Below, in pieces: positions 23,346 to 35,700 of a stretch of 64,000 bases of DNA; positions within the stretch are counted from its first letter, which is position 1, and every line of letters begins with the position of its first letter. Position numbers and translations under genes: made by a program. Under the pieces are notes generated by a model. That model was not told the DNA's origin, did not search any database, and was given only the letters and a program-made list of their open reading frames with translations. Source of the stretch: Takakia lepidozioides (Eukaryota > Plantae > Bryophyta); assembly GCA_030704615.1 (NCBI GenBank), contig CM060731.1, positions 70,246,001 through 70,310,000 on the forward strand, given 5' to 3'.

Positions 23346-26300
23346 TCACTCGCCAAAAGACTCTTCACTCAATTCGTCCATTGCTGATATTTCACCAGTA
23401 CAGTCTGACTTGGGTGCACCATAGTAACCAGGCTGGAAAGACCCGTTGGATTGTAACACAGACTTCCGCATTGCTGATTGTGAGAAGTCAAACTGATTAG
23501 CAACTCCAAGGCTACTTGAAAGCAGGACCACCACGGCTTCCACCATTTTTGATCCAGGAAGCACCTCATCAGGCAGAGGTGGACAGCAGCTGGGAGCATA
23601 CTCAGGCTTGTCTCCATACCTCCCATGAAGTGCAAAGCATGCACGACAGAAAATAAATCTGCAGACAAGATCGAAGAAAGATCAAGAGGTCAAACAAATA
23701 ACAGCCATGTTGGCACATTTGTAGCTGACTAAGAAGAAGCCAGACAGTGAAAAATACAAGAAAGCTGAAAGAAGAATGGACCCATTTTCCCTTCTCTGGA
23801 AAAGGAGGTCCTCTATGTTGAGACCTACTGTGTAAAGCACCATCCACCTCCATAGTAACTGCAATACTTTCCTCAAACAAGGTATCAAATAAGACTTTCT
23901 CAAACAGATGATTTTTAATAGCCCTTGCTGTGGTGCTTCCAGCATGTGAACATTTGAAGCCACTTCAGACGATTGCCTCTGGAGAATGAAACTTTACAGT
24001 GAGAGAATGAAACTGGAATTGCTGAAATGCTATCACTCTTTTCTATTGACACAAATCAGCAATACCTTTCGAGGGGCATCTGGACTATACCTGAACATGA
24101 GCTGGCGAAGGAACGGATCACCCAACACACGTGCCCAGACCAGACTGATTGATGTTGATGAGGCAAGAGTGTTTCCCCATTCAGCAAGTAGTGTTGCCAG
24201 CAATTTCTCCGTTTGGTCGTAAACTCCCTGCCAACACCCATGCTTTTGAACGTAAATGATGTGGCACAGGTTTGGGAACTCAAGGTAAATACAGTTCCGT
24301 TGTAAGTGTGTGATCTCTTTCCAGAAGGTAGGTGCTTTTCAATGGACACTTACCGTGGATTACTCTCCCCATCTCCTGAAGCCTCGTGAAATAGGCACTT
24401 AAGTTGTCCACTCAACACTACCCCTCAAACATGAACCTATTATATTATATGTCAGAACCACCTACTGTGGAGCCCCAATACCCGAACCACTGGGCTATCT
24501 GTTGGGAGCTGGGAAAGAATAAGAAATGCTTAAAGTCATAGGGCTAGAAGATTCCTCTCTATGATTATCCAATTCATTCAGTTGTTCGTGGCATACAGGA
24601 ATCCAAGGGTTCCACCTCTGGTGGCCAAATGATTCAATCCCTGGTATGTTTCAATCCAACAAGACCTCTACGGGTTGACTGATATTCCCCGCTTTTTCTC
24701 CTAGCATTAAAAAACCATGCTATAAGGTGAGAGAAATGGTCCCTGATACGCCATATCTAAGAGAAACATAGAAAAGAAAGACACTATACATACAGTGAAA
24801 GAGGCCCAATACATACCTTCTGCAAATTTGTGATGTTTACACCCACCACCCGACAAAATGCAAGCAACGGAGCAGTTAGAAAAAAGGTGAATAAGTTCCC
24901 ACTGCTGCTTGAAGGAGATGAAGGAGTGGTCCCTACACCCCTTTCATCCACAGGCTGCATGCTTGGTGACAGGAATAGGACTGCTGGTTCTCCTCTTTCC
25001 TCCCCACTGATGGTCTGCAGATAGATGTATGCACATATCAAAGGCATAACAGATTATAATTATTCTTGTCACACTTTAAGAAGATTCAAGAGTACACAGC
25101 CTGCATTCCTGATGCTAAAACCTTGTTACTTGGAAAGACACAAGGTAAAATACAATGTAGGCCGTACTCCCCATAAATCACATAGCTTAAAAGCAGCATA
25201 CAGAACCAACAAGGTTTTGAATGCTAGATGAAACCTGCAACCAGTACCAAAACCCAAACACAACTCATGGAAAATCACCTCAAATATGGAACTGTTGTCA
25301 CTGTCAATGATGATAAACAGGGGCCGTCTGGTGAAGGGAAGAATATCACTGGGATAGAGGAAATTGTAGCCTGTTGTGTGAACATTGCCACGAGGTCCAT
25401 TCAGAAAAATTATGTAAATAGGTGAGATGTATTATTGTATTATTGTAGGCTATCAATCATTCATTCAATATATAATGGGATGAGAAGCTGTTAATCATGG
25501 TCACACTAGTTTCCGGCTGTAAAAGGAAAAAGTGATAGAACTTACTACACAATAAGCAGAAGAAGACATGAGTTATTAGGAAAAGAAGCCCTTCATGACT
25601 TGAGCTCTTGTTTTATGAAGATTAGAAAGGTTCGGTCAGTTCAGTTCATCAATCAAACTCACAGGTTGACCTAGTATTTCTTAACTTGATCAAACAACAA
25701 ACGCCACTAAAATATCTATAGCAAAGATTGATAGCCACAAATGCAGAAGACAAAACCAGACATAGTAACAGAAAAGAAGAGGCGTGATACGTACACACCT
25801 GTACTGCGTTTTGATCCCAGCCAAAGCCCAGGGAGGGAGCTACCAGATGGCTCTATTTGGGATATAGGAACCACATGGTTGGACTGTTTTACAGGGCTGT
25901 CGGGCATGCTTGCTGCTGAAAGATCACTTTGTTCCACTTCCACTTGCCCCTCACCGTGGGAATTTGTCTCAGCTGGTATTTGGTTTAAGATTAGACGGTT
26001 CATGCTTAGAGTGGGAGTAAGGGATACGATCTCATTCCCGCATGATAATCCCGCAGTCATGCTTGCAGAGGATGCACTTGCAGAGATACTACGAGATGGC
26101 TTCCCTGCAGCATGGGAAGACTAGTACAGTGAATCACCTCTCTGGACATCGTGAAACCTGACAAATCCCAAACTCTCAAAATCTAAAAATGGAAGGGTGC
26201 AGGCACAGCCAGAAAATCCTAGATCATACCATCAATAATGCTTTCCTTTTCTTTCAGACTAGTCAGAAGACAGCATAAGTCACAGAAGGAGTCTTTTAAG

Positions 26301-28873
26301 GGAATGCCAAACATAGACCCAATGGAGGTACAAACTCGAAACAAGGATCAACGGAAACAGCTAAATACCTGAGGCAGAAATGTAGAGAAGAACAATAGAG
26401 TCCAAGGAGGAAAGCTCCTCACAAGCCGTAGCCAATACCTGTGCAACCACCACAAGCATCAGGAATAATCTTACTAAACTATTAATGATTGTAGTGATTG
26501 ACCAATCTAAGGAGATTGTCCAAGCAGAAACAAAGGTGTGCATTTTCAGTCCTGCCTTTACTTGACCTAGTCAGCAATAAGGTAGACTCCTTAGCAACTT
26601 CAAATATCTAGATTCCAATTCATAATATCCAGCTCTATGGATATGCAAAAGATTGACACAAACATAATCTCCCAACACTCCATTGGTGATCTCATTTCAT
26701 ACACCAAGGTACAAAACCAGCATCATGCAACTCATGGTATTGCTCTAACCATGGAAAGACGTGGGTGCTAAAAGGAAAGATGCAGCTTCACGCACAAGAA
26801 GCAACTGCTGAACTGTGGGTCGATACAAGATGTATTTGTGGGGATTGGGTGGCAAACTTGGGTCAGCAATCTCCTCAACAGCTCCTATGCGCCCTGATGC
26901 CCCTGGTGTCCGACTGCTGGTTTCTCCAGACCGTGTGCGATACAGGGCCCCACTTGGCTCCCACTCAAGAGCCTGCAGCATTCTGAATGTGTCGAGTGTC
27001 AGCTCACTGAATTTCACCTGTCACAGGGTAAAACACAGGTTAGCATTCTGTTTGGATTATTCCCTCACATTGTCCATAAATTATTTTTTGGAAACATCAG
27101 CTGTTGCTTGGCCAATTTGGTGGCAATTCCCTCTTCATCATGACAAGAAACCCGATGGAGAGGCGTGTTGACCAGCCCCTCTCATCTGGCTCTTATTCAC
27201 TGTGAACACTATTGCTTACTCTAGTCTAGTTGACACCTCACTCCCCACACAACGGATTAAGGAAGAAGAACTTCAGACATTGCAGAATGCTGACCTCATT
27301 ATGGTAGTAACTGGCAAGAACTGCATCTTCCAACCGCAGAGGCTTCTTTCCCTCCAGCTTGCCTATGGTGGGGAGCAGTGATGGATGAGGATCAAGAAGC
27401 ACACTGTATCTTAGTGGCCTGCTGGTGTCACACCCAGTGTCAGCTTTCATGAAGCGAACAATTTCTTGCACAACTAGCTTCCACTCCTTTGAATCATTGC
27501 CCTGGACAAAAAAAAGCATTCCTTATTTGTTGAGTGAATGCTTTGTAAGATGGTGCGATTTACTTCTCAATGTGTTGATGGATGTTCCTTAGCACAAAAC
27601 CAACCTTCCCTCATCTCTTGGATCACAGATCTCAACATAGTCCTGCTCTTCAAATCTAAATGAGTGTTTGAAGAAAGGTTTGAGAAGGAAAAATAGAATG
27701 TGCAACTGTGCCCCAGGTGCATAATTCTATCTGGGTGTGAGGATTGAGCAAGGGGCTTCCAGATTTGTACATGAGCTATCAATTGGCTCATTGGAAATAG
27801 CAGATTAGGGCTACAGAACAAGGTATTATCCTACATCTACACAAGATTATGAGAAACCTGAAGTACCGTGGGAGCTCTTTAAACATTCAGACATGAACTT
27901 GCCGAATGATTTCCTCAGGTACACCAAAATAGCTTAGCCATCCCAGCTACCAGCAAAAAATTACAATTTCCTTCTATAGAGTTTGGTTAAATTCAAGCTG
28001 AAGGCATATTATCTGGAATCGGATAAAACTTATCAGTAAGACAGTCTTAGAAGCCATGTACAGAAGGACCAAGCAAACCTGGAATGTGCGGCTATATTCT
28101 TCCACAAGAGTGCGGAGCTGGCGCACAAGTAGCTGAACCATCTCCCTTCGATTAAGGAGCAGGCAAATTACAATGAACCGTGCAGTGTACCTCAGCTGCT
28201 TGTTGGCCAGCGATACATCCTTGTCATTGTCCTTAAAATACTCACGACTCATGATGGCCTCATAAAAGATGAAAGATTCAGACAGGAACTTAGCATCGCT
28301 GGTGCGCAGATAATAGTTGTAGTACAACTGTCCAATACGGGATGCAATCTCTCCTATCTCCCACCTTTTCAGCCCCATCTCGACCAGTTTTTGGCGATTC
28401 TCTTGCTGGAATTTCCATAGCTTCGAGTAGACCTGGTGCATGGTGCTACAAATTAAAACAAAACGAAAATAACTACAGCAAAGGAAAGTTGCTAAGTTGA
28501 GGTCTAATCGTACTCCAATCACCATATGAAAAGTATGACATAGGCATGTAGCTCGAAAAACATTGCCTACATTTGCACACAGTTGCAACATTGTTGATTC
28601 CTCCCCCCTCCCCTGCCCCTCTCTTCCCCACCCTTGCTCCAGAACACACTGATACGCGGCCTGATAGTTGCCATCACAGTTGATCTGCATACTCAAAACA
28701 ACTCCTGAGGTTTCCAGAGGTTGGCAACCACTCACCTGGAAGGCTTTATGGAAATAAAAGTCCCATTTGTTGCGCCCATAGGGTGGGAATTCCCGTAATC
28801 GTGCAAACTTGTTATACGCCTTATCCACTAGAGCCCGATATTCTTCGCTTGGAGATTGCACAAGTGGTGCCAT
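23346..28873 (-). CDS. SCAI: protein SCAI homologue (DUF3550 family), 10 coding exons
   Basis: GT-AG exons: 28873-28736, 28432-28079, 27501-27295, 27017-26796, 26438-26369, 26104-25799, 25370-25279, ~25014-24818, 24227-24091, 23658-23346. Motifs KFARLREFPPYG, YSKLWKFQQENR, GLKRWEIGEIASRIGQLYY, KFSELTLDTFRMLQALEWEP, NPHKYILYRP, LYPSDILPFTRRPLFIIIDSDNS, LGDPFLRQLMFRFIFC. Confidence 0.93.
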
Positions 28874-31800
28874 GGTGGGCAAATGTGATGCCACATATCA
28901 GGGCCACTGAAACAAAGGTTCAACACAGTCTGGACCACTTCAGTATTATTCCTTAAGAAAAGAATTCCTCGAATTCTTGCTACATTTCAGAAACTTAACA
29001 ACAGAAAGTGTAGAAACATAAGCCCATGGAAAGACAATGGCAACTGAGCTGACATCGAGTAAAAATCACAGGGGCCCGTCGTGTAATTCCACGTCGACTC
29101 TCAGAATTTTGCTGACTTGGTCATTGACCAATCGACTGTCGTCCTAAGTACTATCCAAAGTTCGAACCAGACAGTGAACCACGCAGTGAGAAGCCCTGTC
29201 AACTGATGGCAGAAGGCCTTCCAATCATCTCGTATATCCGACATACCCGGAAGATAAGTTTCGTATCCCAGGGTAATTCCTATTCTGCTATGTCTCGAAA
29301 TCAAACTTCAAAACCTCGGCATCAGCTATGGAGTACTTGAAGTCCAAAAACTCTGACCGCCGGCAAGACAACATCCATGAGCAGGAGCAGAAACAGAAGA
29401 GCCAAGGGAAACCAGGCAGCTCTCAGCCCCCGCCCTATCTCTCCTACCCCGCAGGCTCTCCACACAGCCTGGCCATTTGCATCCAAAGGCTAGGACTAGG
29501 CTCCGGAATGCACCAAAACTTCAAAAAGAAACAATCTCGCTGTCGTACGATAACAAATCCATCACAGCTGAGAGCGCAATCTGGCAGAGCATCTCTCTCC
29601 CCCAGATAACTCTCATGAAAACACATGCCTGTCTCAGCTACAGATCGCCACAATTAGGGACAAAAGTGCTTCCATGCTCTGCACGTACCATTCAAGCAGA
29701 TGGAGAAGCTGCTTAACAATGATCACGGTCGATGTCACTTCACAGAGCAGGGAATGCATCAGCAGACAGCAGGTTTTCACCGGAAGAGACGAACTTGGCG
29801 TCGTAAAGCTTGGCTAATTTAGCGGGCCCACCATCGTGGACTCCGACGCCCTATTTGAGGCCGCATCCGATGCAACTCTGTTGGCTGTTTCTCTTCAGGC
29901 CGATCCCCGAACTCGAATAACTTAGATCTGTCTCGCACATTCTCCTTCTCAACGCTCTGGCCTGCCATTCACTCACGGGCCATGTGCTCCTGCGGCCCCA
30001 CCATCGCTGCTCTATAGTACCCCCACCAACTAGGTCTCGCTCTCCTGCCACAGTGGATGAAAACGACAACTGCAGACGAACTCTGTAATTACCGACAAAA
30101 TCATTCATCTGCAATCTGTCCGCCCAAAACTAGACACCAAGGAAATATCAAATAAAAAGAAGCCAACCACGTGACACGTCTATATACACGTTCGAATAAA
30201 TAAATAAATAAAATTAAACCACCTTCAGAAAAAATTAAACAAGTTGGCGTAAATAATTTGAGTTGAGAACGTACGTTTGTGTACCAGCTAGATACGGACC
30301 TAGGTTTGTCCGATACGATACGATAGGTAGGTGAGTATGTACATAACCGTATGGTATACGTGGGGGCCGTGCGGCCTGGCATGACAGTGGACGGCGTGCC
30401 GTGGAAATAACGAACTGTCATCCATCCGGTCAAGTCAAGGTCTGCAGTCTGACTTGCAAAGGATCTTTGTTTCTTTTCTTATGTACCATTTCCATTCCTT
30501 CGGGGAACCAAAGTTTGGCTCACATGAGGGACATGGATAGGAAGCATGCGTGGGGTGGTGGGACTTCTGACATTATTCCTTTGCTGTGGGCCACTGTAAA
30601 GTCTTCAGTGTATATATATTCAAGCCCAAAAGTTATGGAGAGCTTTTCTCAGGAATAGCTTTGCATGGTTTTTTTTATAAAACAATTTTTTTTCTTTTTT
30701 TCTTTTTTAATGCACTCAGGGCTTCTGTCCCCACATTTTTTTTTGTCCCTTTTCCCTCCAAAATAAAGAAAAAAAGTGGTGTTTTCCTTTTCCAACTCTT
30801 TTTAGTTTGCCTTTTGTCATCCATTAGGATGAAAATACACCAGAATTTGGTAGTACTATTGGAAGTATGTACTGCCTTCTTCTATTTTCTCTTTAGTCCT
30901 TCAGATGGGTAGGGTAGGGACTAAGAAAATCTAAAGTCTTCAATGCATCAAAAAGTTGTGGAGAGATTTTTTCAGGATTAGGTAGCTTTTAGTGTTTTAT
31001 TTTTCCAACCCCTTTTTAGTTTGCCCCTGAGCTCTTCTACCATGGATGAAATTTAGAGGAAAATTTGGTGGAAAAGCTCAGGTACTAACAGAAGTATGTG
31101 CTGCTGATGTCTAATCAATGGATGTCCTTTTTCCAAATATGAGGGACTAAAAGAGTACAAAAAAGATGAGTAAAATTAGTGCTCAATAGGGCTTGGTGCC
31201 CACTGCAGGAGCTATATATTGAAAAATCTCTAAGCATCTCTAAGCATATGTCTCGTGTTGTTGAGCGCTCAGAGGATCTCCCACAAAGTTTACATTGATT
31301 CAGCGGTTGCGATTCCTGTCAAAGTTATGGGTTGGTTTGCAGTGAACTACGGGGATTGGATGACGCTCTTGCAATATTTTATGGTTGGAATTTCCGGCGT
31401 TGCAGGCGTATCCTTGGACAAGATTTCGGAGGACAGCATACAGTGTTGGGATATGTTGGAAGAGCTCGAGGCTGTTGAAGAAGAACACAGAGATAAGGTG
31501 CTCAAAAATATCAATAGAGTGGTGAAGGAAGTCGATGAGCAGCTGAAGGAATTAGTCGAAGAACGCGTAATGCAAGTCGACTGGCGCGTCAAGGAATTGA
31601 ATAGACGGGCAATGAAAGTGAAGGCATGGCTCTTGTTATTGAAGCAGCAGCGTTCACTTGCGGCAGAGAAGGAAATGGGTTGTTGCTTCAGACACATTTT
31701 GTAGAGTGAAGCAATTATTTACTCGTTGTTTTGTTTGTAAAAAGGACGGCTCACAATTTACTCATCCCAGGTTATAATTTTGCTCAAGAAAGGGTTATGG

Positions 31801-32781
31801 CAAAAGAAGTCAATCCAACTCAATGAATTACTTACACTAGAATGGGTTTACAAGGAAAGGGTAGCCATACAATGGGTTCTTATGTCAAACCCATTCGTGG
31901 ATGATATCAAGAATGGGAATGGGTTCACATACGAAATCACCCTTGGTGGATTTGGCATCCGGGGATTGTCTGGTACCTAAGGATTTAATTCGTGGGCAGA
32001 ATACAAGCAAGATGCTCTAGTTGATAGTGTATGAAATACATGCCTAATTGCTTGTCTTTTTGTGATCATGAAATACGAATCTCCCAAATTGAACTTTGGA
32101 AAACATGCCTACCATATGCACCTCTGTAAGAACAGAAAAGATTAGAACGATATGTTTTCTTTTTCTTTTTTGAAAGGGGAGGCAGCCCTGGAAGGTTTTA
32201 CCAAGGATTATTGAAGGACGCACAAAAGACAAAGTTCCAGCATTCGCACATTTCTTTTTATTGGCCCATGCTATAGCCTCCAGCTTGCTAGATGTCCAGT
32301 TTTCTATGCTTAATTTTGTTTTATTGAGCGATTGGGGTACATATTCTTAGAAAAAAATCAGATTTTTTAGTTGTAGGCTTGGGATGCTTAACCCCTAAAC
32401 GCCCAGTAAAAATCCCCGCCTAGTAAAAATCGTGTAACTTGGGGGAAAAAAAAAATTGTCAGTTTGATAATTCAACCAGGGAATACCAGAGGAAAAAAAA
32501 AAAAAAAACAAACAAACAACCAGAGAATACCCAGCCACCCTACCCTCTGCACACCCTGTCCAAATGTGGGGCCAATCAGAAAAGACCTGCCAAAACCCTA
32601 CCGTTGCATGTGGGGCCCTGTTTTTGGCATTTCTCAAAAATAAACTAGAAAACAACATGTTTTTGTAGATCTATTTTGGATGTGGGGTTGAAATCCGTTG
32701 GGCCTGGTGGACAACTCCCTGTACCTTGTAGACCTTTCAAGCCTTTTCTTGAATGAATATACTGCTCTCTCACACAGAGTA

Positions 32782-35700
32782 TCACTCATATTTGTGCTGT
32801 CTCAACCATTTAGTTGCTGACCATTTTTCGCCCCCTAGAACCTTGCACCCAACATGCATACTTGTAGGGTCTACTGATCCATCCAGTGTCTGCATGTACC
32901 ACAAAACCACATTGGCTCACATGAGTACTAACCACTTTTCACTCAGACAAGTATGGAACTGAGCATGAGATTGCCATAAAGAAACTGTATAACCTCCACC
33001 CGGGTACCCAACGTCCCCTGGAGACAATGTAGAATAAGAGAGAAAAAAGAATGAAACTTTATAATAATGTGCATGCAGGAAGCTCAAAGCTGATACAAAA
33101 AGGGAAACAAGCCAGAAAAGTGTGGTCCCCAACTGCAACCAGCCACCATAAAACTACAATTCAATTTTGACAGATCTGTCTGTTAAAGAATGTACTAAGA
33201 TGTTGTGGGGATGTTGTTTCCTGTAGCATCGTTGCCATAGTCCCCAGGCGAATAAGAGGGAACAAAACTACCTTTGTGAGGCCCGGGCTCACTCAGTTAC
33301 AGTAGACTAATTACCTTGGTATAAACAATTAGTTTGGGCTTTTTAAAATTGAACCAGATTCCTCTGGAAAGCCCTCCACACTAGCACCGATCTGCTGTGT
33401 GTGCAATTAGACCCCAACGGGGCCAGGGCTTAATTAGCTGGCTCAGCCTCAAAAATTTGAAGGTTGGTGAACAGAGGTGCAGGAACTATGTTTTTGATGG
33501 TCCTCAAGCAGGTCAACCTCACCCTGGACATTGTATCATGAAATGGATATTGTTTTCAGCCTACGTGCACAAATTGGGCATTGACAATGATCTCTATTTC
33601 CTTTCTGCGTGCATCTGTTTATTGTTCAAAGGAAGGCTCCCCGCCCCCTCCCCGCCACGAGTTTAGATTTCAGTCTAGTGCCGCTCGAGGATCGGTAGGC
33701 CCTTCAGATCATCCTCAAGGGCCTCACCCAAACTTGAAACAAGTTCAGGGAAGTTTATTCTTAACTTTGTTTTGTTCGGAGGATTTTAGTGCTTCCGACA
33801 TGGCCTTAGCCTCCAAGTCAGCTTCGTCTAGCAGGGTTAGTTCTTCCTGCCTAATTCTTCTCTTGTATGCAAGAGAGAATGTACTCATAAGACGTTGTTT
33901 GCCGTAGCCTTGTGGCCATTGACCCTGCGCCCAGTTTAATGAGTGGAATAAAAAGGGACAGAAACTACCTTTGTTAGGGGCTGACGGCGCCGGTAGTATG
34001 ACTTACCCCAAGTGAAACATGCAATTGATCAGAGTTTTCCAGATATCCTCTTCACACAAGCATCAATCTGCTGTGTGTGATTTTCCCAATAACTAGACCC
34101 CAAAAGACATGGGCTTTTAGCTCAGCCGCCCATGGTAAACAGTTGGTAAACATAGGTACATGAACAATTCCATTGACGGAATGACGAGGGTTTCTCTCTG
34201 ATGAGAGTACCCATGAGAAAATCAGAATGTGGATTTTGTTTTCAGGTTACAATGGGCACTGACAATCTCACTTTCTGATCGAATCATTGTCCTAGGTAAT
34301 TTCACCCTCTTCAAGAGACGCCCTCTTCAAATCCATCAAGGGATTTGTTCCTGTACCTTTAAACCTCGCTCGAGGCTTAGCCAAAAGCTTAGGGCCTAGT
34401 TATTGGGCAAATCACACACAGCAGATTGATGCTTGTGTAAAGGCACTTCTAGAGGATATGTGGAAAACTCGGATCAATTGTCTAACTAGTGTTCCAAGGT
34501 AAGTCATACTACTAGACAAAAGGTAGTTTATTCATGTGTTCCACTCAAACTGGCCGCGGGGTCAATGGCCACAGGCTACGGCGAACAACGTCTTATGAAT
34601 ACATTCTCTCTTACATAGAGAGAGGAAGAAGAGAAATGAAATGATACTTCATAACGTCAGAGAGAAAAAAACAGATGAGGTTCATGAATGGTATGCCCCA
34701 AGGGCCCAAGTGAGTAGGTCAGCAAAGAACCACAGAACAAACAAACCGTCGAATTACAGAAGCCAGAATATACTCAAATCTACGAGCTTGGCATAAAGGG
34801 TGGAATGTCTCATCCAGGTAGAGAGAGAAACGAACAGAGAAAATCTTTATGTGATCACAGAACAACCAGCAAGAGAGAGAAAAGTTGCACACCGTGCTCC
34901 AAAAGAGAATAGCGTTGCCTCTTTTGGGCTTAATGCAAATGCCTTGTGCCATTTCACCACCACAGCTGCACTCGGACTTTCCAGCCTGTGGTGCACAGAA
35001 ACCGCGGGTTTGACAACCCTCGAAACATAAGCAAGTTATCGCACCAGAAAGTTCTTCCAAACACCTTTGCTTCAGGTTACAGACATTTTTTCCCAACTGT
35101 CATTTGACAGTCGAGAACCTGCTGTGTTCAACAAGTTACCCTCAGCTTTCAATAAGAAATGTAGTGCTTTATAACCTCTAATGGAAGTGTATAAGACAAA
35201 TGTAGCATTTTAAGCAAGCTGCAACTTGTACCATTGGAAAGAGGGTTTCGCCACCCTCGACCTCATTTGTCAGATACATCAGCACTGTAGCCACCCGCTG
35301 CCCACCCCTCTTCAAATTGAACTGAAACATAATCCAACTTCTGTTACCTCGAGCAAAGAAAAACATGTTTGTTTCACCTCGTGGAACTACTTGACTATGG
35401 AGACATAAAACTTCGGGAAGTACAGTACAGTTAGGCTCTAGATTACATGTGATCAGTGGTGCTAGCCCACATTCTAGCACAATTGTTCCCTGTTACGTGT
35501 CCAGCCCTCCCAGCGTTCATGATAGCTGGCTCACGCTCAACCCTCTCATGACAAGATCCTCCCCCGTTAATCATCAGCAAGAATACTGTTAGTAGTAGAA
35601 ATTACCGTTTCCGAAAAATAATCATGATGCCGCTTATAAAACTGTCCCTGCTCATACCTTCCCAGACATGCAAGTAAAGATCTGATTAGACACTTGAAAC

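Noticed and set aside
27974-28894. 306-aa single-exon SCAI ORF starting at GTG
   Set aside because: It reads through a stop-free 303-nt intron (28433-28735) and into the next intron. The real start is more likely the ATG at 28873.
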